Shown: positions 1-8,755 of the stretch, piece by piece
How the letters are laid out: each line of letters opens with the position of its first letter
Position numbering within the stretch: position 1 is the stretch's first letter
DNA from: an uncultured Pelagibacteraceae bacterium
Lineage (GTDB): Bacteria > Pseudomonadota > Alphaproteobacteria > Pelagibacterales > Pelagibacteraceae
DNA: 64,000 bases
Assembly: GCA_902552185.1 (NCBI GenBank)
Contig: CACDFZ010000003.1
Coordinates: 44,970-108,969 of the forward strand
Direction of reading: 5' to 3'
Translations under genes and position numbers: made by a program
The notes under the pieces: model-generated
Databases searched by the model: none
What the model saw: only the letters and a program-made list of their open reading frames with translations
What the model was told of the DNA's origin: nothing

Positions 1-1192
1 AATTTGTATTTTCTATTAATAATTCACTAAGATTGCTAAATAAAGTTATAAAAGCTACGGCTAAAATCACACCTGGAATTGCGTACCCCGAAATTGAAAA
101 ATTAGTCAAGTAATTTAAAATTTTACTTTTGGAAATCCTGCTTCCATAGTTAACAAATAATGAAATAAATACTAAAACTATACTAGCAAGACCGACTAAA
201 TACATTGTATTTAAATTAATTTTCAAAATATTAATGTCTTGGATATATTTTGGAAATTTTAAGGTCCAGTAGATCATCTGTGAAACCGGAAAAATAAAAC
301 TTATAAAAAATACTATAGAGCAAAATGAAAGAGCTAATAAAGATTTTTTACCGCTAAGTTTAATCTTATTTATTGGTTTAAAACCTCTTCCTGGTTGATG
401 ATACCTTGCTTCTTTTCTTGAATAAATTTCTATAGATAAAAGAATTAGAATAAATAGTAACAATATAAATGAAATTTGATTTGCTGTATTTAGATCGTCA
501 AATGATAGCCAGGAGTTATAAATTCCCGTAGTTAATGTGGAAACACTAAAAATTGATACTGTTCCAAAATCAGACAAACATTCCATAGCAACTAATGCTA
601 AACCGGCAATAATTGCTGGTCTGGCTGAAGGTAAAATAATCTTAAAAAGAGTTTCTTTCTCTGATAAACCTAAATTTTGACCTACCTCAATATAGTTGTT
701 TGATTGAAAGAAAAATGATGATCTTGTTAATACGTATACATAAGGAAACAAAGAAAAACTAATAGCTATAATTGATCCTAATTTTCCATCTAATTTAGGT
801 ATATGAGGGTTATAATTATATTCACCAAATATATTCGTCAGTATTGTATAAGCTGTTCCATAGTTTTCAAAAAAAGCAATTATTGAAAAAGCAAATATAT
901 ATCCTGGTATTGCAAACGCTAAAATTAAAGCCCAACTAAAAAAATTACATAAGGGAAATTCGTAAAATGATATAAAATAAGCTGAAATAACACCCAATAA
1001 AAGAGTTATAAGTAAAACTGAAATTAAAATAGTTAAAGAATTACTTATATAATCAAATAGAAAAGTATTTTTTAATACTATAAGGTAATTACTTGTTTCA
1101 GCAAAAAAACTAAAAAATACAGTGATAATTGGCATTGCAACTATTAACGCAATAGCTAATGAACTGAAAAACCAGAAGTTATATTTAGTCAT
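1..1192 (-). CDS. fbpB: Fe(III) ABC transporter permease (FbpB/SfuB), 3' end runs off the window
   Basis: Manual translation from ATG at 1192: MTKYNFWFFSSLAIALIVAMPIITVF...; hydrophobic, with FAIPGY and ARPAIIAG..LVAMECLSDFG motifs; downstream of the Fe-binding protein gene. Confidence 0.88.
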   Translation of the reverse strand, partial: MTKYNFWFFSSLAIALIVAMPIITVFFSFFAETSNYLIVLKNTFLFDYISNSLTILISVLLITLLLGVISAYFISFYEFPLCNFFSWALILAFAIPGYIFAFSIIAFFENYGTAYTILTNIFGEYNYNPHIPKLDGKLGSIIAISFSLFPYVYVLTRSSFFFQSNNYIEVGQNLGLSEKETLFKIILPSARPAIIAGLALVAMECLSDFGTVSIFSVSTLTTGIYNSWLSFDDLNTANQISFILLLFILILLSIEIYSRKEARYHQPGRGFKPINKIKLSGKKSLLALSFCSIVFFISFIFPVSQMIYWTLKFPKYIQDINILKINLNTMYLVGLASIVLVFISLFVNYGSRISKSKILNYLTNFSISGYAIPGVILAVAFITLFSNLSELLIENTN

Positions 1193-1357
1193 TTATTTTT
1201 TTGAATTAATCTTCTCTTTGAGTGGAAAGAAAATTTGTTTTGCTTCTTCAAAATTTAATTCTTTTGGATCTCTATTTTGAAGTTGATTTTGCATATCCTT
1301 AGCATCATCATTACAGGTTTTGCACCCCTTTTTACAAGTATTTAATTTATTTTTCAT
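1193..1357 (-). CDS. small Cys-rich protein, 54 aa (MKNKLNTCKKGCKTCNDDAKDMQNQLQNRDPKELNFEEAKQIFFPLKEKINSKK)
   Basis: Manual translation; fills the fbpA-fbpB gap and its TAA directly abuts the fbpB ATG (TAAATG). Confidence 0.65.
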   Translation of the reverse strand: MKNKLNTCKKGCKTCNDDAKDMQNQLQNRDPKELNFEEAKQIFFPLKEKINSKK

Positions 1358-1366
1358 TCTTTAATA

Positions 1367-1391
1367 TTTATGGCGCTTTAAACGCCATGAA
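1367..1391 (-). terminator. stem-loop downstream of fbpA (terminator or mRNA-stabilising hairpin)
   Basis: ATGGCG-ctttaaa-CGCCAT inverted repeat just after the fbpA stop. Confidence 0.55.
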
Positions 1392-1405
1392 TAATTAATT
1401 AACAA

Positions 1406-2416
1406 CTATTTCCAACCTGCTGCTGTCATTACTTCTAATGCATCAGCTTGTCTTTTTCCGTAATTAACGACTTTAGTTTTAAGATCTTGATTAAAATCTA
1501 AACCCATATTAACTACTAATGGATGAGGTGAAACACCTGCTATCATTGGATATTCAAAAGTATTGTTAACAATATGCTCTTGCGCCTCTTGACTTAGTAA
1601 GAACTCTACAAGCTTAATTGCATTAGCTTTGTTAGGGGCTCCTTTTACTAAACCTGCACCACTGATATTCATATGTGTTCCTCTACCATCCTGATTAGGG
1701 AAGAAAGGTTTTACTTTTTTTGCTGCAGCTTGTTGCTCAGCACCTTTTTTACCTGATAACATAAGAGCTAAGTAGTATGTATTAGCTACTGCAATATCAG
1801 CTTCTCCTGCTGCTACAGCTAGTATTTGTGCTCTGTCATTACCTTTTGGAGATCTAGCCATATTCGAAATCATTCCTTTTGACCACTCTGCTACTTTGCT
1901 TTTTCCATTATTTTTAATTAATGAAGCAACCAGTGACTGGTTATAAATATTGTTAGAAGCTCTTATAACTAATCTGCCTTTCCATTTAGGATCAGCTAAA
2001 CTTTCATAAGTCAGACCTCTTAACTCTGCGCCTGTAACTCTTTCCGGAGCAAAATAAACTATTCTTGCTCTTTTAGCTATTCCAACCCATTTAGATGTTC
2101 TAAAATTACTAGGAACTGCTGACTTTATTGTGTCGCTTGTTAAACCACCTTGTAAGTTGGCTGCAAATGCACCAAGTCTACCAGCATCAGCTGTTATATA
2201 TAAGTCTGCTGTGCCGCCTTCTGCGATTATTCTTTTCTCTAATGCGCCTGATTTTCCAGATACAACATTTACTTTTATTCCTGTTTTAGCTGTAAATTTT
2301 TCATACAATTGAACATCAGAATCGTAATGTCTTGCACTGAATATATTTACTTCGTTAGCTAAAAGATTTCCAAAAACAAAAAATAATGCTGAAACTGCTA
2401 ATATTATTTTTCTCAT
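1406..2416 (-). CDS. fbpA: Fe(III) ABC transporter periplasmic binding protein (FbpA/FutA/SfuC)
   Basis: Signal peptide; SARHY, TADAGRL, NIYNQSL, GNDRAQI, ANTYY and GTHMNISG motifs of the FutA/FbpA family. Confidence 0.93.
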   Translation of the reverse strand: MRKIILAVSALFFVFGNLLANEVNIFSARHYDSDVQLYEKFTAKTGIKVNVVSGKSGALEKRIIAEGGTADLYITADAGRLGAFAANLQGGLTSDTIKSAVPSNFRTSKWVGIAKRARIVYFAPERVTGAELRGLTYESLADPKWKGRLVIRASNNIYNQSLVASLIKNNGKSKVAEWSKGMISNMARSPKGNDRAQILAVAAGEADIAVANTYYLALMLSGKKGAEQQAAAKKVKPFFPNQDGRGTHMNISGAGLVKGAPNKANAIKLVEFLLSQEAQEHIVNNTFEYPMIAGVSPHPLVVNMGLDFNQDLKTKVVNYGKRQADALEVMTAAGWK

Positions 2417-2432
2417 TTATCTCCCTCATAGT

Positions 2433-2481
2433 TTTGCGAATGGTTCTCAATTATCTGAGAATGAGAATAATTATCATTATC
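2433..2481. promoter_or_regulatory. tandem Fur-type iron boxes upstream of fbpA
   Basis: 2463-2481 on the minus strand reads GATAATGATAATTATTCTC (17/19 to GATAATGATAATCATTATC); second imperfect palindrome TTGCGAATGGTTCTCAA at 2434-2450. Confidence 0.8.
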
Positions 2482-2521
2482 AATAATGTCGCACCGTATA
2501 CGGGAAAAATGATTTAATTAA

Positions 2522-2680
2522 TTATTTTTTGATTAGAGATTTCTTCTTAAAGAGATAGTAGAAGTCTGACTGAAGATTATTTTTTGGCTTAATTAGGTTA
2601 GTTTTTAACTTACCGTACTTTAGCTCTTTAGCGTTTTTAATTCTTGAAGCTAAGATTCTCATATAAGACGAATCTAACAT
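2522..2680 (-). CDS. possible small basic protein, 52 aa (MLDSSYMRILASRIKNAKELKYGKLKTNLIKPKNNLQSDFYYLFKKKSLIKK)
   Basis: Open frame by manual translation, filling most of a long intergenic gap; no recognisable motif. Confidence 0.35.
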   Translation of the reverse strand: MLDSSYMRILASRIKNAKELKYGKLKTNLIKPKNNLQSDFYYLFKKKSLIKK

Positions 2681-2698
2681 AAGTTGAACTGGGTACAA

Positions 2699-2728
2699 CC
2701 CAAGATTGTTTCATTTTGGGCTTTTTTT
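2699..2728 (+). terminator. intrinsic terminator-like hairpin 40 nt upstream of the symporter gene
   Basis: CCCAAGAT-tgtttc-ATTTTGGG followed by CTTTTTTT; the G.U pair and U-tract favour the + strand. Confidence 0.45.
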
Positions 2729-2739
2729 ATATATATATT

Positions 2740-2754
2740 TGTTACATTATAACA
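2740..2754. promoter_or_regulatory. Zur box upstream of the symporter gene
   Basis: TGTTACATTATAACA, identical to the site at 8739-8753 between znuC and znuA. Confidence 0.7.
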
Positions 2755-2768
2755 TCGAGGGGAATTAA

Positions 2769-3614
2769 GTGGAAATCGCAAAAAGTATAGCGCCAATATG
2801 TTTAGCTATTATTATGTTCGGTCTTGGACTAGGTTTAACAGCTCAAGATTTTTTAAGAGTATTAAAAAATGCTAAAGATTTTCTTATAGGCTTTTTATCA
2901 CAAGTTATTCTTCTTCCTATAGTAGCTATTATCTTGATAAGTTTAATTTCTTTGCCTATAGAAATTGCTATGGGTGTTATGATTATTGCAGCAGCACCAG
3001 GTGGAGTAACGTCAAATATATTAACTAAGTTTGCTGATGGAGATGTTGCTTTATCAGTAACATTAACTGCTGTTGTAAGCTTACTAAGTATAATTACTGT
3101 CCCTTTGATTGTATTTAATTCAGCTAATTATTTAAGTATTGAAATAGTTAAAGAAATTTCAATGATAAATATTGCATTCAAAATGTTTTTTGTAGTAACT
3201 GTGCCAGTACTTTTAGGAATGATTGTTAGAAGTTTAATGACTGAGTTTATAATATCCAAAACTTTATTAATTCAAAGGCTATCAGTAATATTATTTTTAA
3301 TTGTTTTTATATCTATTTGGATTGAAGAATGGGACAGAATAATTAGTTTTATCACTAGAGCAGGTTTAATAGCTTTTATTCTAAATCTAACTATGATTTT
3401 CTTAGGTTATTACATTGCTAAATTTTTGGCATCAGGAATTGCCCAGAGAAAATGTATTTCTCTTGAATGCGGTTTACAAAATGGAACGTTAGCCGTGTTT
3501 GTAGCAACTCAATTATTTGACGATATTGTGTTTATGGTTCCTACAGCTGCTTATGCATTGATTATGTTTGTAACATCAATCATTTTTGTTTTGGTAGTAA
3601 GAAAAATTAATTAA
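2769..3614 (+). CDS. bile acid:sodium symporter (SBF/BASS) family transporter
   Basis: IMFGLGL, AAPGGVTSN, GDVALSV and ECGLQNGTLA motifs; GAGGGG RBS before the GTG start. Confidence 0.9.
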   Translation: MEIAKSIAPICLAIIMFGLGLGLTAQDFLRVLKNAKDFLIGFLSQVILLPIVAIILISLISLPIEIAMGVMIIAAAPGGVTSNILTKFADGDVALSVTLTAVVSLLSIITVPLIVFNSANYLSIEIVKEISMINIAFKMFFVVTVPVLLGMIVRSLMTEFIISKTLLIQRLSVILFLIVFISIWIEEWDRIISFITRAGLIAFILNLTMIFLGYYIAKFLASGIAQRKCISLECGLQNGTLAVFVATQLFDDIVFMVPTAAYALIMFVTSIIFVLVVRKIN

Positions 3615-3794
3615 ATGGAACTTACAAATATATTATTATTTCTAATTCTTGTTACTTTAACTACTTATACTTTCATTCCATGGAAAACTACTAAAAAAGG
3701 ATTAGAAAAACCTAGTTTAAAAAAAATTATAATATTTTGGGTTTATTGTTTTGTGGTTTTTTGTTTTGTAACTTATTTGTTTACCTTGATTTAA
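3615..3794 (+). CDS. small two-TM membrane protein, 59 aa (MELTNILLFLILVTLTTYTFIPWKTTKKGLEKPSLKKIIIFWVYCFVVFCFVTYLFTLI)
   Basis: ATG immediately after the symporter stop (TAAATG); two hydrophobic segments around a Lys-rich loop. Confidence 0.6.
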   Translation: MELTNILLFLILVTLTTYTFIPWKTTKKGLEKPSLKKIIIFWVYCFVVFCFVTYLFTLI

Positions 3795-4647
3795 TATTAT
3801 CTTGAGGAATAATTTTTTGAGTAATTCTATCTAAAATAATTGCTAATATTACAATACCAGTTCCTCCTACAACGGCGCCACCAATATCTAATCTGCCTAA
3901 AGCAACGTATACGGTTAATCCTAATCCCCCTGCTCCAATCAGAGCGGCTATAACTACCATTGATAAAGCTAACATTAACGTTTGGTTTACTCCTGCCATA
4001 ATAGTTTTCATGGCTAAAGGAATTTCTATTTTAGTTAAAATTAAAAATCTTGATAAACCTAAGCTCGCACCAGCTTCTTTAAATCCTTTACCAACTTGTC
4101 TAATTCCTAAGTTCGTTAGTCTAACAATTGGTGGCAAAGCAAATACAATAGTTGCAACCACACCCGGTGTCAGCCCTACTCCAAATAACATCACAACAGG
4201 AATTAAATAAACAAAACTTGGTATAGTTTGCATTATATCGAGTATAGGCCTTAATATAGTTTCAAATAAATTACTTCGTGATGCAACAATTCCCAAAGGT
4301 ATTCCAATTATCATACAAAAGATAACTGCTGTGAATATCATTGCTAACGTTGTCATTGTTTCTTGCCACAAATCAACAAGGTCAATAAAAATTAAACTTA
4401 GTGCTGATAATAATGCGAATTTTAATCCATTAGTTTTAAATGCAAAAGCCATGAATATAAGAATTACTATCGGAAATGGTATGAAGTTAAATAATGTGTC
4501 TAAACCGTTTAAAACTGAATCTATTGGAGCTGATAACTTTTTAAAGAGTGGTCGTTGCATGAACAACCACTCCTTAATATGTTTTTCAATCCATTCTGCT
4601 ATCGGAACGTATACTTCGTAGTCAGATGGTGAAAGTTTTAAGCTCAC
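3781..4647 (-). CDS. proW: glycine betaine/proline ABC transporter permease (ProW)
   Basis: LDIMQTIPSFVYLIP, PPIVRLTNLGIRQV and GVNQTLMLALSMVVIA motifs. Confidence 0.92.
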   Translation of the reverse strand: MSLKLSPSDYEVYVPIAEWIEKHIKEWLFMQRPLFKKLSAPIDSVLNGLDTLFNFIPFPIVILIFMAFAFKTNGLKFALLSALSLIFIDLVDLWQETMTTLAMIFTAVIFCMIIGIPLGIVASRSNLFETILRPILDIMQTIPSFVYLIPVVMLFGVGLTPGVVATIVFALPPIVRLTNLGIRQVGKGFKEAGASLGLSRFLILTKIEIPLAMKTIMAGVNQTLMLALSMVVIAALIGAGGLGLTVYVALGRLDIGGAVVGGTGIVILAIILDRITQKIIPQDNIKSR

Positions 4648-4658
4648 TTACCTAAAAC

Positions 4659-5600
4659 TTATTTTATCCAACTGTCGAACGTACTTTGGTTTGCTTTAAT
4701 CCACTCCTTAGCATGCTTCTTGATTGCTCTTTCACTTTTCTCGCCAGCATTCATCTTCATGTTTTGTGCTGCGATATCCGCTAGTGGAATAGATGCTTTA
4801 GAAAGCATTTTTTTCACTTTAGGATTAGCTTTTAAGAAATCAGAGTTAGCTGCTGGACGAATATCATCAGCACCAAAACCCATATTTATTTTAGATTTTG
4901 TTGCATTTGATACTGCTACTTTTTTTGTAGCGCTGTATGGAACTTCTATCCAAACAACATCTTGTCCAAGTTTTAAAGCACCAACTGTCCAATTCGGTGT
5001 CCAAGTATAAAATAATACTGGCTTACCGTTTTTATATTTAGCAACTACGTCAGCCATAGATGCTGAATAGTCAGCTTTTACTGGATTTATAAAGTCACCT
5101 AAACCTAGTTCAGCAAAGTGTTTTGTGATTTGTTTCTCACATCCCCAACCTGGAGGGCAAGCTACCATGTCTGCTTTACCGTCACCATTTGAGTCAAATT
5201 TTGCTGCGTGTTTTTTAATATCCATTACGCTTTTGATACCAAGGCTGTCAGCTGATTTTTTGTCGATAAGGTAACCTTGTAAGCCACCTTTTTTCATTAC
5301 ATAACCAACTTTTTTAACTTTACCTTTAGCTTCTTTGATATATCCATCATGAGTTCCAAACCATCCATTTACCCATAGGTCAAGATCTCCTGCTGCTGCT
5401 GCAACATAAAATACTGAAGGCTTAATTGCTTTAGGCTCAGTTACTTTGTAGCCCATTTTTTCCAAAGCTTGTTTGTATATTTCAGCTTGGAAATAACCAG
5501 TATCCCAGTTTGCTTTAGCCATTTTGATTTCGTTAGCATTAACTGCTTTTGTTATGAACAAAGCTGCAATCAAAGCAACGATAATTTTAAAATGTTTCAT
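4659..5600 (-). CDS. proX: glycine betaine/proline ABC substrate-binding protein (ProX), copy A
   Basis: Signal peptide; LWVNGWF, QGYLIDKK, CPPGWGC and YTWTPNW aromatic-cage motifs. Confidence 0.9.
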   Translation of the reverse strand: MKHFKIIVALIAALFITKAVNANEIKMAKANWDTGYFQAEIYKQALEKMGYKVTEPKAIKPSVFYVAAAAGDLDLWVNGWFGTHDGYIKEAKGKVKKVGYVMKKGGLQGYLIDKKSADSLGIKSVMDIKKHAAKFDSNGDGKADMVACPPGWGCEKQITKHFAELGLGDFINPVKADYSASMADVVAKYKNGKPVLFYTWTPNWTVGALKLGQDVVWIEVPYSATKKVAVSNATKSKINMGFGADDIRPAANSDFLKANPKVKKMLSKASIPLADIAAQNMKMNAGEKSERAIKKHAKEWIKANQSTFDSWIK

Positions 5601-5733
5601 GTATACTCCTTATTTTTATGAAAAAACTAGCATGTATAATTATTAAATGTAACCGTAATACAACTAAAAGGTGAGTTTTATTTCAAAAACTAAGGTAAAT
5701 AGTGGTTAATTTGAGATTTATTTTGAAGTTAAA

Positions 5734-6666
5734 TTAGTTAATCCAGCTATCAAAAGTGCTTTGATTAGCTTTAATCCATTCTTCAGCGTGTTTCTTTATA
5801 GCCTTTTCACTTTTTTCACCAGCATTCATTTTAAGATTTTGTTCTGCAATATCTGCTAATGGTATAGAGGCTTTTTTTAACATTTTCTCAACTTTTGGAT
5901 TGGCTTTAAGAAAATCAACATTTGCTGCAGCTCTGATATCATTTACACCAAAACCCATATTTAATTTAGATTTCGTTGCATTTGGTACTTTAACTTCTTT
6001 TGTTTCGCTGTAAGGCGCCTCAATCCAAACAACATCTTCTCCTAATTTTAATGTTCCAACTGTCCAGTTTGGCGTCCAAGTATAAAATAAGATTGATTTT
6101 CCATTTTTGTATCTGGAAATTGTATCAGCCATAGATGCAGAATAATCAGCTTTTAATGGATTAATAAAATCCCCAAGACCAAGTTCTTCAAAATGTTTTG
6201 TAATTATCTTTTCGCATCCCCACCCTGGGTGACATGCTACTAAATCAGCTTTTCCATCGCCATTAGTGTCGAATTCTTTAGCATGATTTTTGATATCCAT
6301 TATTGATTTTATATTGAATTTGTCAGCTGTTTTCTTATCTATCAGATAGCCTTGTAAGCCACCTTTTTCTACAACATATCCTACTGGCTTAACTTTTCCC
6401 ATTGCTTCGGTCACATAGGTATTATGATTATCAAACCATCCATTAACCCATAAATCCATATCACCTGCAGCAGCTGCCACATAAAAAACTTGAGGCTTCA
6501 TTACTGTTGGTCCAGTTACTTTGTAACCCATTTTTTCAAGAGCTTTTTTATATATTTCTGCTTGAAAATAACCTGTATCCCAATCAGCTTTTCCCATTTT
6601 AACTTCTTTAGCATTTAATGAGGTTAAGAAAAAAAGCGCAGTTATAATAGATATAATAAATTTCAT
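5734..6666 (-). CDS. proX: glycine betaine/proline ABC substrate-binding protein (ProX), copy B
   Basis: Same motifs (CHPGWGC, YTWTPNW); about 80% identical to copy A by manual alignment. Confidence 0.9.
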   Translation of the reverse strand: MKFIISIITALFFLTSLNAKEVKMGKADWDTGYFQAEIYKKALEKMGYKVTGPTVMKPQVFYVAAAAGDMDLWVNGWFDNHNTYVTEAMGKVKPVGYVVEKGGLQGYLIDKKTADKFNIKSIMDIKNHAKEFDTNGDGKADLVACHPGWGCEKIITKHFEELGLGDFINPLKADYSASMADTISRYKNGKSILFYTWTPNWTVGTLKLGEDVVWIEAPYSETKEVKVPNATKSKLNMGFGVNDIRAAANVDFLKANPKVEKMLKKASIPLADIAEQNLKMNAGEKSEKAIKKHAEEWIKANQSTFDSWIN

Positions 6667-6725
6667 TTCTAAAGATTAAAATAATTTAACAGATATTGAA
6701 AATTGAGATTTGTCGCAGTATTAAA

Positions 6726-7139
6726 TTAATTTCTTTTACAGGTTGTACATAAACCATAAAATTCTAAATTATATTTTTTATAGATCATGCCAGTTTTGTC
6801 ATGAAAATTTTTTAAATATTTAGAAAGTTTTTGGTCGCTAATTTCAGTTACCTTTTCGCATGTTTCACAAATTGAAAAAGCGGTAGCCTTTGAAATTTCA
6901 CAATTTGAATTTTTACAAGCTACAAATGCATTTCTGCTTTCTACTTTATGAATTTTTCCTAATTTAATTAATTTTTCTAAAGCTCTATAAACTTGTAGAG
7001 GCGCTTTAATGCCTTTTTTTTGTACACTAAATAAAATTGAATAAGCTTTTAAAGGTTCGTTGGCTTTTTCGATAATATCTAGAATTATTTTTTGATTTTT
7101 AGAAAGAGTTTGAGTTTGAGCCATGTTATATTTTATCAA
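6726..7139 (-). CDS. zur: Fur-family zinc uptake regulator Zur
   Basis: APLQVYRALEKL helix, CETC and CTTC Zn sites; lies in the znuCB operon. Confidence 0.85.
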   Translation of the reverse strand: MIKYNMAQTQTLSKNQKIILDIIEKANEPLKAYSILFSVQKKGIKAPLQVYRALEKLIKLGKIHKVESRNAFVACKNSNCEISKATAFSICETCEKVTEISDQKLSKYLKNFHDKTGMIYKKYNLEFYGLCTTCKRN

Positions 7140-7146
7140 TTAACTT

Positions 7147-7950
7147 TCATTTTTTCAATTCGGAAAATTTTTTTATTTTAATAAGTGAAATTAAAAATAG
7201 TAATAATGCTGCAGTTATTATTGAAGGACCAGATGCTGTATTAAATTTCAAAGAAGAAAACAATCCTATTAAAATTGATAATAACCCCCCAATAGTAGAT
7301 AAAAGAGACATTTGTACAGGGTTATTAGAGATATTTCTTGCTAACGCAGCTGGAATAATTAGCATTCCAGTTATTAAGAGAAGACCCACTATTTTTATTG
7401 AAATAGCAATTATTGCTGCCATCAAAATTGTAAATATCGCATTATATCTATCAGGGTTCATTCCTTCTGCTTTGGCTAAATCATAATTTATTGTTGAAGC
7501 AAACAAAGGTTTCCAAATAATTTTTAAAATTATTAAGATAAATATACCGCCACCCCAAATTAATAATAAATCGCTTTGACTTACAGCTAGTATGTCACCA
7601 AATAGCAATCCCATCACATCAAATCTAATAGTTGTTAAAAATCCAATGATTACAAGTCCTATTGCTAGTGATGAATGGGCTAATAAACCTAGTAAAGCAT
7701 CGTTAGGAAGGTTTGTTTTAGTTTGTAATTGAAGAAGGAAAATAGCTATAACCGCTGATATTAAAAAAACTGATAAAGCGATATTAAGTTCAAATACCAA
7801 AGCCATAGTTACACCTAATAAAGCTGAATGTGCAAGTGTACCTGCAAAAAAAGACAATCTTCTCCAAATTACAAAACATCCTATTGGACCTGTAATTAAA
7901 GCTATTCCAATCCCAGCAAGTAAAGCTCTTATAAAAAAATCATCAAGCAT
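7147..7950 (-). CDS. znuB: zinc ABC transporter permease ZnuB
   Basis: GPIGCFVIWRR, TLAHSALLG, LLFGDILAV and SIKIVGLLLI motifs. Confidence 0.9.
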   Translation of the reverse strand: MLDDFFIRALLAGIGIALITGPIGCFVIWRRLSFFAGTLAHSALLGVTMALVFELNIALSVFLISAVIAIFLLQLQTKTNLPNDALLGLLAHSSLAIGLVIIGFLTTIRFDVMGLLFGDILAVSQSDLLLIWGGGIFILIILKIIWKPLFASTINYDLAKAEGMNPDRYNAIFTILMAAIIAISIKIVGLLLITGMLIIPAALARNISNNPVQMSLLSTIGGLLSILIGLFSSLKFNTASGPSIITAALLLFLISLIKIKKFSELKK

Positions 7951-7951
7951 G

Positions 7952-8698
7952 TTATTTTTGATCTATTGTCCCATCTTGAGAGTGAGTATGGTCATGTTTA
8001 TGTTCGTAAAGGGATAAGATATTTGAAGCTCTATCACCAAAAAGTTCCTTATACTTGCTGTCTTGAACAACATGATGTGGTGTTCCAGAACAACAGACAT
8101 GTCCATTTAAGCATAATACATAATCAGTAGCAGACATTACTACATGCAAATCATGTGAGATTAAAAGTATTCCACATTTCATTTTGTCTGAAATTTTTTT
8201 GATTAATTCATATAAGGCGATTTCACCTTTAAAATCAACACCTTGTACAGGCTCATCAAGAACTAATAATTCTGGTTGTTTAGAGATGGCTCTTGCTATC
8301 AATACTCTTTGAAACTCTCCTCCAGATAAATTACTTAAACTTTTATTTTTTAAATGTTCAACACCTGTTAAATTTAAAGCTATATTTATTTGATCCTGAG
8401 TTAATTCTTCTGTCAAAGTCATAAAATCCGAAACTCTAATTGGTAAGGTCCAATCTATTGAAATTTTTTGAGGCACGTATCCAATTTTATTAGTGTACGT
8501 TTTAACTTTGCCATCTATCTTTTTATATATTCCCAGTGCAATTTTTGCTGTTGTTGATTTTCCAGAACCATTTGGACCTATCAACGTAACTATTTCACCT
8601 TGTTTAACCTCAAATGAAACACCTTTAACTAAAGATTTGTCATTCATAGAAACGCCGACATTTTCAACCTTTAGTAGAACTTTTTTTTTATTTTCCAT
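7952..8698 (-). CDS. znuC: zinc ABC transporter ATPase ZnuC
   Basis: GPNGSGKST, LSGGEFQRV, LDEPVQGVD, CCSGTP and C-terminal HKHDHTH. Confidence 0.93.
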   Translation of the reverse strand: MENKKKVLLKVENVGVSMNDKSLVKGVSFEVKQGEIVTLIGPNGSGKSTTAKIALGIYKKIDGKVKTYTNKIGYVPQKISIDWTLPIRVSDFMTLTEELTQDQINIALNLTGVEHLKNKSLSNLSGGEFQRVLIARAISKQPELLVLDEPVQGVDFKGEIALYELIKKISDKMKCGILLISHDLHVVMSATDYVLCLNGHVCCSGTPHHVVQDSKYKELFGDRASNILSLYEHKHDHTHSQDGTIDQK

Positions 8699-8720
8699 AA
8701 TAAAATCCTTGACCTTAAAT

Positions 8721-8753
8721 ATGTTATATTATAACAAATGTTACATTATAACA
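8721..8753. promoter_or_regulatory. tandem Zur boxes between divergent znuC and znuA
   Basis: ATGTTATATTATAACA (8721-8736) and ATGTTACATTATAACA (8738-8753) match the TGTTATANTATAACA Zur consensus. Confidence 0.85.
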
Positions 8754-8755
8754 CT

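Noticed and set aside
1193-1357. Calling the CxxxCxxC micro-ORF a radical SAM enzyme
   Set aside because: 54 aa is far too short for the TIM-barrel fold; only the Cys spacing is shared
2676-2705. GTTGAACTG resembling the SAM-II/SAM-V riboswitch core
   Set aside because: No flanking P1 helix or downstream pseudoknot/A-rich segment could be formed
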